From: the human T2T-CHM13v2.0 reference genome, Homo sapiens
NCBI GenBank assembly: GCA_009914755.4
Contig: CP086569.2
Location: 24,992,001-25,056,000 of the forward strand
Direction of reading: 5' to 3'
Length of the DNA stretch: 64,000 bases
The notes below the pieces were generated by a model that was given only the letters and a program-made list of their open reading frames with translations, did no database searches and was not told where the DNA came from. The position numbers and the translations under genes are program-made. Every line of letters starts with the position of its first letter. Position 1 is the first letter of the stretch. Below are positions 63,215 to 64,000 of this stretch, piece by piece.

Positions 63215-64000
63215 TAGAAGATGATTTTTTATGTGACAATACTGCACAAAGCAATCTATAAATTTACTGGGATTCCTGTGAAAACACCAAAATCCTTTTG
63301 GTAGAAATGGGCAAGACAATTGTAACATTCATATAAATTTCAAGGGATCCTGAATAGCCAAATTGTTCTTGAAAACAAAAACCAACTTGGAGGCTCACAT
63401 TTCTCAATTTCAAATACTACCAATAAGCAGCAGTAATCAAAACAGCATAATAGTGGCATAAGTACACACACAGAGATCAATGGAACGGAATTTTAAATCC
63501 AACAATACCTCTATGGTCAATTGATTTTTGACATGTAGCCAAAATCAGTAAATAGAACAAATTGTGTGATACAACTGACTACCGCAAACAAAGAAATTGT
63601 TCTATTTTCTCACAATACAAATAAAATTAACTCAAAATAGTTCAAAGCCTATATATTAGAGGTAAAAACATAAACTGTAGAAGAAAACATAGGGATTAAT
63701 CTTCATAACCTTGGATTTAGCAGTGGGTTCTTAGATCTGATACCAAAAGCACAGGCAACTAAAGAATTTTCTGAAAATTAACATTTTTGTGCATCAAAAG
63801 ATACTATCAAGAAAGTGAAAAGACATGTTACAGAAAGGAAGATTTGTATGTTATGTATGTGACAACAGACTGTTATCCACAATATATGAAGAACTCACAT
63901 ACTTACACAACACAAATGACAAACAATCCAATTACAAAATTGAGAAATAGTTGAACACACACTTCAGCAGAAAGACATGCCTATGGAAAACAAGCACATA
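63215..64000 (+). mobile_element. L1 ORF2 fragment, sense, old subfamily; runs off the window end
   Basis: The strings caatctataaatttactgggattcc, ttcatataaatttcaagggatcc, caacttggaggctcacatttc, ccaacaatacctctatggtcaattgatttttgac, aattaactcaaaatagttcaaagcct, ttttgtgcatcaaaagatactatcaag and cttacacaacacaaatgacaaacaatccaattacaaaattg follow the L1 ORF2 order (aatttacagattcaatgc...ttcatatggaacc...tctgatctttgac...aattaactcaaaatggat...ttctgcacagcaaag...). Confidence 0.75.

Noticed and set aside
1-64000. A prokaryotic novel system (defence island, operon, CRISPR) as suggested by the task framing
   Set aside because: The sequence is unmistakably primate nuclear DNA. It carries multiple canonical Alu elements with poly-A tails and target-site duplications, L1 ORF1 and ORF2 fragments, HERV gag, pol and env remnants, microsatellites and about 38-40 percent GC. 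The ORFs in the six-frame track are short, overlapping and mostly inside repeats. No bacterial gene organisation is present.

Overview
This 64 kb window is primate (most likely human) nuclear DNA, not a prokaryotic locus, and I find no operon, CRISPR array or defence system in it. The sequence is very repeat-dense. It contains Alu SINEs, ancient L1 fragments, a gamma-retrovirus-like HERV, a HERV-K-like provirus fragment, microsatellites, a roughly 570 bp TA-rich minisatellite and a roughly 3.2 kb degenerate telomere-like (CCCTAA)n array. The only cellular gene homology is a CDY (chromodomain Y) family processed pseudogene at 13472-15342 (+), broken by frameshifts, a stop codon and an Alu insertion. 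That locus lies in the second copy of an old ~7 kb tandem segmental duplication at roughly 6.9-18.4 kb; in the first copy the CDY body has been deleted between short microhomologies. Other structural features: a ~1.2 kb inverted duplication centred on an (ATT)n tract next to an ERV LTR, three direct copies of an ERV-associated ~0.75 kb repeat with a gag-NC and protease remnant, two ERVs of different classes facing head to head, and rearranged L1 3' fragments. The CDY-type retrogene, the ampliconic structure and the ERV load together suggest a Y-chromosomal or similar ampliconic region; this is inference and needs a database search. No intact protein-coding gene is supported. All coordinates are approximate, within about 10-50 bp, because they were read by eye from the sequence.
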